Assembly: GCA_016125385.1 (NCBI GenBank)
Contig: WGLV01000013.1
Coordinates: forward strand, 26,006-90,005
Direction: 5' to 3'
Source of the DNA: a bacterium
GTDB lineage: Bacteria; Hinthialibacterota; Hinthialibacteria; Hinthialibacterales; Hinthialibacteraceae
DNA length: 64,000 bases
In this document: piece after piece, positions 41,546-53,407 of the stretch
Layout of the letters: each line of letters begins with the position of its first letter
Position numbering within the stretch: the first letter of the stretch is position 1
The notes under the pieces: generated by a model
Told to the model about the DNA's origin: nothing
Seen by the model: only the letters and a program-made list of their open reading frames with translations
The model's database searches: none
Position numbers and translations under genes: made by a program

Positions 41546-41676
41546 TCGCGCCAGCGTAGAGACGCCGCTTTCATGATGCGTCGCGAGTATAGACCTTCGC
41601 CCGCGCTTTTAGTTAAATGGACGGGCTTGGATTCCAAGTGGAATATTCAACTCATTTTTGATGTGGAGGACGAACG

Positions 41677-42381
41677 ATGACCCGATATTTCTTGACGCCG
41701 CTCGCACTGACCGCGGTGCTGACGATGGCCTGCATCAGCGCCCAGGCGCAGCGCAGTTTTCCCACCAACAAGCCCGAAGGCGACCTGAACGTGCTGACCG
41801 CCGACGAAAAAGCCGACGGCTGGCAGTTGCTTTTCAACGGCAAGAATCTCGACGGCTGGGCGCCTGACCAAGGCGACTGGAGCGTCGAAGACGGTATGAT
41901 CATCGGCCAGCACGGAACCGGCCACCTCTTCAGCGACCGCGTTTTCAAAGACGTCGTCGCCGAGTGGGACGTCTGCGCTTATGACGTCGCCATCCCCAAA
42001 AAACGCTTCGGCAACTCGGGCGTCTTCGTGCGCACCGTCAAAACCGGCGGAAGCTTCCCCAAGGGCTACGAGATTCAATTCGACCCCTACGACGTCAACA
42101 ACCCCACCGGCGGAATCTACGGACGCAATCCGGGAACCTTGCTGGTCGAAAACGGCAAATGGAAGAAAGACGCCTTTTTCGAGGTGCATGAGGGCAAATG
42201 GATTCATCAGAAGGTTGAAGTGCGCGGCAATCACTTCAAACTCTGGGTCAACGGCGAACTCTGCATGGACTGGACGGACGACGATAACGCCTTTCCCGAC
42301 GCGGATCCGCTGGCGTTGCAGTGCCACCACCCCACCGACGTCGTGCTTTTCGCCAACATCAAGGTGAAGCCGCTCGACTGA
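41677..42381 (+). CDS. DUF1080 (3-keto-disaccharide hydrolase family) secreted protein
   Basis: GWQLLFNGKNLDGW, GNSGVF, GYEIQ, TGGIYG, LQCH, FANIKVK. Confidence 0.9.
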   Translation: MTRYFLTPLALTAVLTMACISAQAQRSFPTNKPEGDLNVLTADEKADGWQLLFNGKNLDGWAPDQGDWSVEDGMIIGQHGTGHLFSDRVFKDVVAEWDVCAYDVAIPKKRFGNSGVFVRTVKTGGSFPKGYEIQFDPYDVNNPTGGIYGRNPGTLLVENGKWKKDAFFEVHEGKWIHQKVEVRGNHFKLWVNGELCMDWTDDDNAFPDADPLALQCHHPTDVVLFANIKVKPLD

Positions 42382-42407
42382 TGCGCGGTTGCGTTTCACA
42401 CGATCGC

Positions 42408-42483
42408 AAAGGGCGGCTGATAAGCCGCCCTTTTTCGTGAGGTTCTCGATCAAACAAAACGGGCGGCAGATGAGCCGCCCGTC
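42408..42483. terminator. Two related hairpins between convergent genes (bidirectional termination)
   Basis: GGGCGGCTGATAAGCCGCCC (42411-42430, U-tract on +) and GGGCGGCAGATGAGCCGCCC (42461-42480, U-tract on -). Confidence 0.75.
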
Positions 42484-42511
42484 GGTTTGCATGAATGAGC
42501 AGGAGAAGCGA

Positions 42512-44113
42512 TCAGATTTTCGGCGCCGCCTTGAGAATCTCGTCGCTCGCCTTGTCCTGAAATTTCGCGAAATTTTTCACGAACATGCTTGCCAGTTCCT
42601 TCGCTTTCTGATCGTAGGCGTCTTTGTCGGCCCAGGTGTTTTTGGGGTTCATCACGTCGCCGGGCACGCCGGGGCAAGACTGTGGAACCTCGAACCCGAA
42701 AATGGGGTCGGTCTTGAACTCGACGTTCGCCAGACGGCCTTCAATCGCCGAGTTGACGATCGCGCGGGTGTGATCGATGCGCATACGCTTGCCCACGCCG
42801 TAGGCGCCGCCGGTCCAGCCGGTGTTGATCAGCCACACGGTGGCGTCGTGTTCCTTCATCTTTTTCGCCAGCAGTTCGGCGTACACGGTGGGGTGAAGCG
42901 GAAGGAAGGGCGCTCCAAAACAGGCGCTGAAGGTGGCCTGCGGTTCGGTGACGCCGCGTTCCGTACCGGCCACCTTCGCGGTGTAACCGGAGATGAAGTG
43001 ATACATCGCCTGCGAGGGATTGAGGCGCGCGGCCGGCGGCAACACGCCGAAAGCGTCGCAGGTGAGAAACAGAATGTTTTTCGGATGCCCGGTGACGCTG
43101 GACAGTTTGGCGTTATGGATATTGGTCAGCGGGTACGCCGCGCGGGTGTTCTCGGTGCGTGACGCGTCGGTATAGTCGACCGCGCGGGAATGCGGATCGT
43201 AGCCGACGTTTTCGAGAATCGCGCCGAAGCGGATCGCGTTCCAGATGTCGGGCTCCATCTCCTGGCTCAGGTTGATGGTTTTGGCGTAGCAACCGCCTTC
43301 AAAGTTGAAGATGCCCCGATCGGTCCAGCCGTGTTCATCGTCGCCGATCAGCGCGCGTTTCGGGTCGGCGGAGAGGGTGGTTTTGCCCGTGCCCGACAGG
43401 CCGAAAAAGATGGCCACGTCGTCGTCATCGCCCACGTTGCACGAGCAGTGCATGGAGAGAACGCCGCGCTTGGGCAGTATGTAATTCAGAATCGAGAAGA
43501 TGCCTTTTTTCATCTCGCCGGCGTAGCCGGTTCCACCCACGATAATCATCTTGCGGGCGATGTTGACGATGATGAAGGTCGAGCTGCGCAGACCGTATTT
43601 TTCGGCGTCGGCTTTATAGCCGGGGCAGTCGATAATCGTCCAGTTGAGCGGCATCGGGTTCTTGAGATCGTCTTCGGTGGGCTCAATGAACAGTTTCTGG
43701 CAGAACAGGTTGTGCCAGCCGAGTTCGTTAATCATGCGGACGGTGATGCGCTCGGCGGGATCGGCGCCGGCGAACCCTTCAAATACGAAGATTTCCTTGT
43801 CGGCGAGATAGGTGCAGAGTTCTTTGTGAAGCGCGTCGAATACCTCCGCTTTGATCGGGGTATTGACCGGGCCCCACCACACGTCGTTTTTGGTGGTTTC
43901 GTCTTCGACGACATATTTATCCTGGGGTGAACGACCGGTGTATTTTCCGGTATTGACGATAAACGCCCCGGTGTTGGCGAATTCGCCGCGGCCGCTTTTT
44001 ACTTCTTCTTCAATCAGGCGGGGAGCGGAATAGTTCCAGTGAACCGTTTTGCAGGCGGAGACGCCGTTGTCTGACAGGGGGTTCGCGATGCGTTGAATCC
44101 CGTACTTCGCCAT
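42512..44113 (-). CDS. pckA: Phosphoenolpyruvate carboxykinase (ATP)
   Basis: TGRSPQDK, YAGEMKK, GLSGTGKTTLS, IGDDEHGW, EGGCYAK; RBS GGAGG. Confidence 0.97.
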   Translation of the reverse strand: MAKYGIQRIANPLSDNGVSACKTVHWNYSAPRLIEEEVKSGRGEFANTGAFIVNTGKYTGRSPQDKYVVEDETTKNDVWWGPVNTPIKAEVFDALHKELCTYLADKEIFVFEGFAGADPAERITVRMINELGWHNLFCQKLFIEPTEDDLKNPMPLNWTIIDCPGYKADAEKYGLRSSTFIIVNIARKMIIVGGTGYAGEMKKGIFSILNYILPKRGVLSMHCSCNVGDDDDVAIFFGLSGTGKTTLSADPKRALIGDDEHGWTDRGIFNFEGGCYAKTINLSQEMEPDIWNAIRFGAILENVGYDPHSRAVDYTDASRTENTRAAYPLTNIHNAKLSSVTGHPKNILFLTCDAFGVLPPAARLNPSQAMYHFISGYTAKVAGTERGVTEPQATFSACFGAPFLPLHPTVYAELLAKKMKEHDATVWLINTGWTGGAYGVGKRMRIDHTRAIVNSAIEGRLANVEFKTDPIFGFEVPQSCPGVPGDVMNPKNTWADKDAYDQKAKELASMFVKNFAKFQDKASDEILKAAPKI

Positions 44114-44608
44114 ACTAACCTCCGTTTGAAGCAAGATGTTGAACCCATGCTGGGTGTGAAAATCAAAGTCGCTCGTGGCGATACGGATAAAACCGGTGTT
44201 GCTCTTTCTTCAGTTTACCATCCGTCAGAATCATGTGAATTTTACCATCTTGATCTGAAAAATTGAATCGCCATAGATGGATAAATATATAACCCTATTT
44301 TCGCTGTCATCCATATCATATTCCCTGATTCAAAAGCGGGAAGTGCTAAACAGTACTATTTTTTATCTATTTCCCCACTCTCTCCCCTACGGCTCAAATT
44401 ACCGATAAACGTTTAAATAAACTGTGCAGTCACATTGTACAGCCACGGCCTCACGTGAATCCGCCAGTGCGCGCCGTCGCGTTCAGCGCAAAAACTCACT
44501 TCCCTTAAACCCCGCGATGATAGATAATTTTATAGTCAATGCAAGATATTTTTCAAACATAACAGGCAGATGATCGATATTTTTCCAGGATGCGATGTAC
44601 GAGGAATG

Positions 44609-45550
44609 TCAATCGGAAGGGATGGCGGCCTGACGCAGCTCATCTCGATCGACGCCCGCGATGCGTCCCGCGAACGCCGCCCGCATAAAGGGGATTCCCA
44701 GCAACGCCAGCAGCCAGTAGCCGTAAATCGAATACAACACGCCCACCGCCAGGTTGGTTTCATAGGCGGCATAGCCCTGAAAGAGCAGAATCATGGCGCC
44801 GTCGCGCGTCCCCATGCCCGAGATGGTAATCGGCAGCAGCCCGGCGAAAATGGCGATGGGCAACGCCGCGCAGACCTGCCCCAGCGGAACCGGCGCGCCC
44901 AGACTGCGATAACAAAGCCAGGTCTGTACATACGAGCCAAACCAGTTCACCATCGTGATAAACAGAATCAGCGCGAGCGCCTTGGGCGAGGCATAGACAC
45001 GCCGCGCCGCCAGAGCGACGTCGTCAGCAAGGGGGTGCAACCGTCCTGGCAGCCACGACGTCCAACCCGACGCCGCCAGGGCGAATCCTCCCGCCGCCGC
45101 CAGCAGAATGGCCGCGCCCGCTCCCGCGACGGCGGTCCGACCCAGCCAGAAACCACCCGCGCAGGCGCAGGCGCTGAGCACGCCGACGTCGATCAGGCGC
45201 TCGGCGAGCACGATGCCCGCCGTCTGCCCGGCGGGCAGACGATGGCGTAAAAAGACGGCTTTGATCAGGTCGCCCGACTTGGCCGGGGTCACCGCGCCCA
45301 GCGGCCAGGCCGCCATGATCAGCTTGAGGCTGTCCCAGAATGAGATGGGGGCGTCGAGCCTGCGCATGATCCATTGCCAGCGCAGAGCGCTCAGCAGGGG
45401 GAAGGTCAACGTCAGCGCAGCCGCCGCCATCAAAATATCAATCCGCGCGGATCGCAGCACGCTCCAGGCGGCCCGGGGATCGACCCCGGTCAGCAGCAGG
45501 ATGAAGATCGCCGTGGTCACGGCGGCGAGAATCAGTTTTCGTTTCCACAT
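44609..45550 (-). CDS. Lysylphosphatidylglycerol synthase TM (flippase-like) domain protein
   Basis: ALRW, TPAKSGDLIK, ERLIDV, LPITISGMGTRD. Confidence 0.85.
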   Translation of the reverse strand: MWKRKLILAAVTTAIFILLLTGVDPRAAWSVLRSARIDILMAAAALTLTFPLLSALRWQWIMRRLDAPISFWDSLKLIMAAWPLGAVTPAKSGDLIKAVFLRHRLPAGQTAGIVLAERLIDVGVLSACACAGGFWLGRTAVAGAGAAILLAAAGGFALAASGWTSWLPGRLHPLADDVALAARRVYASPKALALILFITMVNWFGSYVQTWLCYRSLGAPVPLGQVCAALPIAIFAGLLPITISGMGTRDGAMILLFQGYAAYETNLAVGVLYSIYGYWLLALLGIPFMRAAFAGRIAGVDRDELRQAAIPSD

Positions 45551-45781
45551 GGTCTGGTTTCGCCCTGCGCCAGGCAAAAAAGGTTAATCCGGGCTCAGCG
45601 GCATCATCGGCGGGGTGTGCGGCGGGGTCAAGCGCGGCGGTGAAGCCCGGAGGGTGACCGGAATTTTCAAGAATCGCACTGATCTTAACCAAACACTGAC
45701 AATACCGGGCTATCGTTTACAATGTGAGGGGGATGTGAGGTTGGCAAGAGGGGGTTTTTAGTCAAAGCATCAAAAAACCGA

Positions 45782-45809
45782 TTGACAAAATTATTGTTAC
45801 GATTAAACT
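45782..45809 (+). promoter_or_regulatory. Putative sigma70 promoter of fusA
   Basis: TTGACA-N16-TAAACT, about 340 nt upstream of the ATG. Confidence 0.6.
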
Positions 45810-46151
45810 CTCTTTTTTGTGGCAGATCGATGAACTCTGCATGCGGATACAGACGGAAGTTTTGGATTTTACGATTCAGCGCCGCCTCATCGATCCTTCA
45901 GTGATCACCCTTCCGCCATCGCTTACTGAGTTTTCCATTGCTTCATACGTTGCGGGAGAAGAATGGGCGTCATCGTGTGCGGTTTAAGCGCGGGATACGC
46001 GTCTTTGCGTCTCATCCCCGGCTCAACCCGCTTCACGTGACAGGAACGGCGTTCGTGCGCCCTTCGGGGCGGCATGGGGCCTCACGACACGAATTCAGTT
46101 CGACTTTACGAATAAATTGACCGTTAGGAAAAACCAAAAGAGGAAGAAATC

Positions 46152-48248
<2,097 letters not shown>

Positions 48249-48274
48249 ACCCGCACCGGATTCAATGCGATCAC

Positions 48275-48303
48275 GAAATGGGCCTTCGGGCCCATTTCTT
48301 TTT
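48275..48303 (+). terminator. Rho-independent terminator of fusA
   Basis: GAAATGGGCC-TTCG-GGCCCATTTC-TTTTT. Confidence 0.9.
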
Positions 48304-48361
48304 GCGTAAAATCGAAAGCGATATCCACCCATCCTGATCCAGAACCCAGAGTCGCCGCGTC

Positions 48362-49129
48362 ATGACAAAAATCACCGCGCTGGTCCCCGTTCAGAATGAA
48401 GAAGCCAACCTGCCCGAATGCCTCGACGGGCTGGGGTGGGTGGATGAGATATTCGTTGTCGACGGATACTCGACCGACCGGACGGTGGAGATCGCCGAAT
48501 CGTACGGCGCCCGCGTGGTTCAGCATGAATACAAGAGTAACGCGGCGCAGAAAAACTGGGCGATTCCCCAATGCGCTCACGAGTGGGTGCTGATTGTTGA
48601 AGGCGATGAAAGAGTCACGCCCGCGCTGCGCGACGAGATTCAGCGCCTGCTTGACGAGGGACCGCGGCACGACGCCTATTACGTCTACCGGCGGAATTTC
48701 GTCTACGGCCACGAGGTCCGGCGCGGCGGGTGGGAACGCGATAAAGTGATCCGGCTGATCCACCGCGACCGCTGCCGGTACGAAAACCGCCAGGTTGCGC
48801 CTGAAATCATGCTCGACAAACCGGCTGGCTGGCTGCGTGAGAGGATGCCGCATTACCCATACCGGGAATTCGATCAGTATTACGCCAAATTTCAGCGATA
48901 TACCGTCTGGTCGGCGATAGAAATGCACAAACAGGGACGGCGCGCGCATCTCACCGATCTCACCTTGCGGCCGTTCTACGATTTCTTCAAACAGTACATC
49001 CTCCGGCTGGGCGTACTGGATGGAACCATCGGCCTGATTCTGGCGGGCCAGACCGCGTGTTACGTTTTCACCAAGTACGCCAGACTCTGGTACATGCAGA
49101 CCCGAACGCCATCGAAACCCGCCGATTGA
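48362..49129 (+). CDS. Glycosyltransferase family 2 (LPS beta-1,4-glucosyltransferase-like)
   Basis: NEEANL..CL, VVDGYSTDRT, QKNWA, WVLIVEGDE, GVLDG. Confidence 0.88.
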   Translation: MTKITALVPVQNEEANLPECLDGLGWVDEIFVVDGYSTDRTVEIAESYGARVVQHEYKSNAAQKNWAIPQCAHEWVLIVEGDERVTPALRDEIQRLLDEGPRHDAYYVYRRNFVYGHEVRRGGWERDKVIRLIHRDRCRYENRQVAPEIMLDKPAGWLRERMPHYPYREFDQYYAKFQRYTVWSAIEMHKQGRRAHLTDLTLRPFYDFFKQYILRLGVLDGTIGLILAGQTACYVFTKYARLWYMQTRTPSKPAD

Positions 49130-49183
49130 TCCACGCGGCTTCACGTGGAATCACATCCGCGAACCGTCTATACTACTCCCACT

Positions 49184-50185
49184 ATGAACAAGCCCAATCA
49201 TGAAATTCTGCTGGACGTCCAAAACCTGCAAACCCGCTTCTTCACTGTTGAGGGCGAGGGGCGAGCGGTCGACGGCGTGTCTTTTCAGGTCCGGCGAGGC
49301 GAAACTCTGGGTCTGGTGGGCGAATCGGGTTGCGGCAAAAGCATGACCTCGCTCTCGATTCTGCGGCTGGTTCCCAATCCGCCGGGCCGAATCGTGGGTG
49401 GAAAGATCGTCTTCAAAGGGCAGGATCTTTTAACGCTGCCTGAACGCGGCATGCGCGCCATCCGCGGCAACCAGATTTCAATGATCTTTCAGGAACCGAT
49501 GACGGCGCTCAACCCGGTGTTCACCGTGGGCGACCAGATCGCCGAGGTATACCGCATTCACCGCCGGATGAGCCATCGCGACGCGTTCGACGCCGCCGTT
49601 CAGATGATGGAAAAAGTCCGTATTCCCGCCGCGCCGCAACGCGCGCGCGAATACCCTCATCAGCTCTCGGGCGGCATGCGTCAGCGGATCATGATCGCGA
49701 TGGCGCTGGCCTGCGACCCCGACCTGCTCATCGCCGACGAACCCACCACCGCGCTCGACGTCACCGTACAGGCGCAGATTCTGGCGCTGATGGACGACCT
49801 GAAAGAGCGGACCAACGCTTCTATCATCCTCATCACCCACGATCTGGGCGTTATCGCCGAAACCGCCGACCGGGTCGCGGTCATGTACGCGGGTAAGATC
49901 GTCGAGGAATCGCCGGTCGGCGAGTTGTTCAGAGAACCTAAACATCCTTATACGCGGGGTTTATTACGGTCCATTCCCCGGCTGAACGAAGAAACCCAGA
50001 GCAAACTCAACGTGATTTCCGGTACGGTACCCAGCCCGTTCCGTTTTCCAGCGGGCTGCCGTTTCCATCCCCGTTGCGAACATCGCTTTGAGCCCTGCGA
50101 CCAGTCAGAGCCTGAGATGTACGAAACCGGCGGAGACAGCCGGGCGCGTTGCTTTTTATTCGATGAAAAAAAAACAGATGGCTGA
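49184..50185 (+). CDS. Oligopeptide/dipeptide ABC transporter ATP-binding protein (OppD/DppD type), orphan
   Basis: [36 protein letters not shown]. Confidence 0.93.
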   Translation: MNKPNHEILLDVQNLQTRFFTVEGEGRAVDGVSFQVRRGETLGLVGESGCGKSMTSLSILRLVPNPPGRIVGGKIVFKGQDLLTLPERGMRAIRGNQISMIFQEPMTALNPVFTVGDQIAEVYRIHRRMSHRDAFDAAVQMMEKVRIPAAPQRAREYPHQLSGGMRQRIMIAMALACDPDLLIADEPTTALDVTVQAQILALMDDLKERTNASIILITHDLGVIAETADRVAVMYAGKIVEESPVGELFREPKHPYTRGLLRSIPRLNEETQSKLNVISGTVPSPFRFPAGCRFHPRCEHRFEPCDQSEPEMYETGGDSRARCFLFDEKKTDG

Positions 50186-50296
50186 GCCAGCCGCGGCGGG
50201 TTGAAAAAGTGGCGTCCGGATCGTCCGCGCCGATTGACGGGTGATCCCGTAAGGCTACAATCTTTTCTTGCGTAATTCTCAAGGAGACCACCGATC

Positions 50297-50503
50297 ATGA
50301 AACAGGAAATTCATCCGACTTATTATCTGGCGAATATTCATTGCGCCTGTGGAAATACATTCCAGGCCGGGTCAACCGAGCCGGAACTCAAGGTTGAAAT
50401 CTGCTCCGCCTGCCATCCGTTTTACACCGGCAAGCAGAAGGCGTCCGCGGCGGGCGGCCGGATTGAAAAATTCCGCAAAAAATACGGCGCTCAAGCGAAG
50501 TAA
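50297..50503 (+). CDS. rpmE: 50S ribosomal protein L31 (zinc-binding form)
   Basis: [30 protein letters not shown]. Confidence 0.97.
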   Translation: MKQEIHPTYYLANIHCACGNTFQAGSTEPELKVEICSACHPFYTGKQKASAAGGRIEKFRKKYGAQAK

Positions 50504-50525
50504 GAATTTTCCCTCTAAGAATACG

Positions 50526-50557
50526 AAAAAAGGAGAACCGATCGGTTCTCCTTTTTT
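50526..50557. terminator. Bidirectional terminator between rpmE and the BMC operon
   Basis: Perfect 32 bp palindrome AAAAAAGGAGAACCGATCGGTTCTCCTTTTTT. Confidence 0.88.
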
Positions 50558-50578
50558 AATTTCCACATTTTCACGAGA

Positions 50579-50890
50579 TCAGGCTGTCTGGGACTCCGTT
50601 TCCGACCCAACGTTCAACATCAGAACGCGGTGGACGCCGTAATCTGAAAGTTGTCTTGCCATCGCGGGAGAGCATTGTACGAAAAGCGTGATTTCATCTT
50701 TGCGTAATTTCCCGTTCACCAACAGCAAACGCCCCAGAGAATGAGCGTCAAGCAATCCCTCGCCGCAAAAGCGCATCCTCAACGCATTGGGGCTTTTTTT
50801 TATCGCTCCAATTGCGAAATCAGGAAACAATTCGCGTAATCTCTCGCCGGAATCGTCCGCGCGCGGATCAAAGTCATGTGCGGAGATCAT
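50579..50890 (-). CDS. Small protein, STAS (anti-sigma antagonist)-like, last gene of the BMC operon
   Basis: LLDAHSLGRLLLVNGKLRKDEITLFVQCSPAMARQLSDYGVHRVL follows the STAS pattern D-S-S-G-L-G-x-L...L...G; starts 18 nt after the AldDH stop. Confidence 0.55.
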   Translation of the reverse strand: MISAHDFDPRADDSGERLRELFPDFAIGAIKKSPNALRMRFCGEGLLDAHSLGRLLLVNGKLRKDEITLFVQCSPAMARQLSDYGVHRVLMLNVGSETESQTA

Positions 50891-50908
50891 GACGCCGCAC
50901 AGCCCCGC

Positions 50909-52345
50909 TTACACGAAGCGCATGGCGTTGGCGATGGCGAAACGGCGGCGGCGGCTGAAGGTTTTTGGCGTACAGGGGCCCTCGCCTGACTTGCCCGCGA
51001 TGGTGAAGGCGGTGTATCCCTCGCCTCCATTGCCGAGGCAGGCGCCGCACGACGAATTGGCGACGAACAGGTTGCAGTCCATCAACTGAGCGAATTCGGT
51101 AATGCGGTCGATGCGCTGGGTATGAATAATGGCGGTATGTTTAAAGCCATGCTCGGCGTGGTGAGCGGCCTGAATGGCTTCTTCATAGCTGTTGCAGCGC
51201 ACGATGCCGAGCAGCGGAATCATCAACTCGTGAACGATGAAGGGATGATCGCGGCCGACTTCGGCGATCAGCAGATCGCAATTCGATGAAACCGTCACGC
51301 CAACCGCCTGCTGCGCGACGTAGGATGCATCCTTGCCGATATAGTCTTTATTGACGTGATCGTCAGGCGTGATGACGGCGCGCGTCATTGCTTCGGTCTG
51401 CTGGCGGTCGAGGAGGTAAGCGCCGCGCTGACGAATGGCGGCGAGAAATTCGTCATACACCGCCGATACGACAAAGCAGGATTTTTCGGTAATACAGGGC
51501 AGGTTGTTATCGAAACTGGAGCCTTCATACACGCTGACGGCGGCGTGTCCCACGTTGGCGGTTTCATCGACCACTACCGGGGGGTTGCCGGGACCGGCGA
51601 CGATGGCGCGTTTGGGGCTTTCCATCGCGGCGCGCACGACGGCCGGGCCGCCGGTGACCACCAGCAGCGAGATGTCGTCATGCGTCATGATCACTTTGGC
51701 GGTCTTGAGGGTGGGCTCGCTGACCGAGGTCATCAGGTTGGCGGGCGCGCCCGCCGCGGTCAGCGCGCGGTTGATCTCCTGCATCGATTGCAGGGTGCAT
51801 TGCACGGCGTTGGGATGCGGACCGAATACGATGGTATTGCCCGCTGAGAGCATCGCGATGGAATGGTTAATCACCGTCGCCACCGGATTGGTGGTGGGAG
51901 TGATAGTGCCGATCACGCCGAAGGGGGTGTATTCCTCCAGCATCATGCCTTTATCGCCGGTCTGGCAGTAGGTCGAGAGTTCTTCGGGGCCGGGCGTCAG
52001 TTCATACGCCAGCCGGTTTTTGATTTCCTTGTGGGAGGCGCGGCCCATGTTGGTGTCGCGCACGGTCATCTCGGCCCATTCGTGGTTGCGCTGTTTAGAC
52101 AGATCGCGAATGATCTGGATGTAACGTTTGCGCTCGCTGAGCGGAACCTTTGACCAGCGGGTAAAGGCCTGTTTCGCGGCGGCGATGGCGTCTTCGATCG
52201 AGTTAAACACGCCGTCGCGCCCGCCGCTGACCGCGCCGCCCATGCAGGTGGCGACGTGACCGCGCGGGGCGGTTGCGCCTTGCGGCTGGGTTTGCAGTTC
52301 GCTGAGAACGCGTCTTACGATTTCGGCGATTCGCTGGTCGTCCAT
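50909..52345 (-). CDS. BMC-associated CoA-acylating aldehyde dehydrogenase (EutE/PduP family)
   Basis: TPTTNP, GPHP, TGGPAVV, AGPGNPP, catalytic NNLPCITEK, EHGFKHTA; N-terminal encapsulation peptide DQRIAEIVRRVLSEL. Confidence 0.93.
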   Translation of the reverse strand: MDDQRIAEIVRRVLSELQTQPQGATAPRGHVATCMGGAVSGGRDGVFNSIEDAIAAAKQAFTRWSKVPLSERKRYIQIIRDLSKQRNHEWAEMTVRDTNMGRASHKEIKNRLAYELTPGPEELSTYCQTGDKGMMLEEYTPFGVIGTITPTTNPVATVINHSIAMLSAGNTIVFGPHPNAVQCTLQSMQEINRALTAAGAPANLMTSVSEPTLKTAKVIMTHDDISLLVVTGGPAVVRAAMESPKRAIVAGPGNPPVVVDETANVGHAAVSVYEGSSFDNNLPCITEKSCFVVSAVYDEFLAAIRQRGAYLLDRQQTEAMTRAVITPDDHVNKDYIGKDASYVAQQAVGVTVSSNCDLLIAEVGRDHPFIVHELMIPLLGIVRCNSYEEAIQAAHHAEHGFKHTAIIHTQRIDRITEFAQLMDCNLFVANSSCGACLGNGGEGYTAFTIAGKSGEGPCTPKTFSRRRRFAIANAMRFV

Positions 52346-52394
52346 CGGGATTCCGCTCCTGAACGGGAATTCTTTCACTTGGGTCCGCCGCGCC

Positions 52395-53282
52395 TTATTT
52401 TTGCGGGACGATAACCACTTCGATGCCCCGCCGCGTGAGTTTTTCCATCGCCAGCGGAGTAATCAATCCGCCCCGAACGGCTTTTACCACGGGGCCTTTG
52501 AGTTTGTCGGCGTCTTCTTCGGTGATGATATACGTAATCAGATCGGGACTCTCGCTGTCGGCCTTGTTGGTCGCGGCGCGGTGCGTCTCTTTCAGCGCGT
52601 CCGGCGCGGGCAGCAGTTTCACTCCCATTTTGCTCAACTGGTTGCGATACCCGTCGAGAACCTCCTGCACGCCGGGCACGTTGTTGCCGAACACGATGCA
52701 GGCGTCTTTGGCGAGCCCCTCCGTCGACGCAATGGTCGGGACCTTATGCGCCAGCGCGGCGAGGTTGACCTTGAGCGCGTGGTCATCGGTGATGGCCAGC
52801 GCCAGCTTGGCGGCGTGGTTCCGGCACACCGACGGCATATAAACCGCCGCGTAACGGCTCATGTCGAGCCGCAGGGCCTGAATCTCATCCTTGCACTTGA
52901 TCAGCCGGATTCCGAGGCCGTTCAGCTCGGCCTCCGTGAACGCGCCGGGCGCGTCGGCGGAAAAAATCGCCTCAATAGTAACGCCTTCTTCGCGCCACAG
53001 GCGAAACGTTTTCTGATGAATATCCCACGGTTCACGCGCGCCGGTCAGAATCAGCAACACCGCCGGGCCGTCGAGGGGCGATGGAGCCGGAGCGGCCGCG
53101 CCTGATTTGGACTCCACAGTCTCGCCGCCGCATGAGCATGAACACGCCGGACTCTTGCAGGCGTTCGCGTCGATGGTTTCGGCGGCGCTGGGCGGAAGCA
53201 GGGTCGATTCGCCGCGCTGTTGCTCGGCGAGCGCCTTTTTGACCTCTTCAATGATGATGCGTTCCAGCTCGCGCGCGTCCAT
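52395..53282 (-). CDS. BMC-associated flavoprotein-domain protein
   Basis: Encapsulation peptide ARELERIIIEEVKKAL; LILTG, NHAAKLALAITD; C-terminal IITEEDA...LITPLAMEKLTRRGIEVV. Confidence 0.75.
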   Translation of the reverse strand: MDARELERIIIEEVKKALAEQQRGESTLLPPSAAETIDANACKSPACSCSCGGETVESKSGAAAPAPSPLDGPAVLLILTGAREPWDIHQKTFRLWREEGVTIEAIFSADAPGAFTEAELNGLGIRLIKCKDEIQALRLDMSRYAAVYMPSVCRNHAAKLALAITDDHALKVNLAALAHKVPTIASTEGLAKDACIVFGNNVPGVQEVLDGYRNQLSKMGVKLLPAPDALKETHRAATNKADSESPDLITYIITEEDADKLKGPVVKAVRGGLITPLAMEKLTRRGIEVVIVPQK

Positions 53283-53407
53283 GTGTGGTTATCGTCTTCC
53301 GTGTAACGGAACGAGTTTGATTTTATGAATCCCCATCCGGCGGGGAAACGAGGCGAAAGCCGAATGATTTAATTCACTCGGCGTCCGGCTGGCTTCTCCC
53401 GGCGGAT

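Noticed and set aside
53283..53407. GGCGAAAGCC tetraloop suggesting a c-di-GMP riboswitch or hammerhead ribozyme
   Set aside because: It lies on the non-coding strand and lacks the other conserved core motifs.
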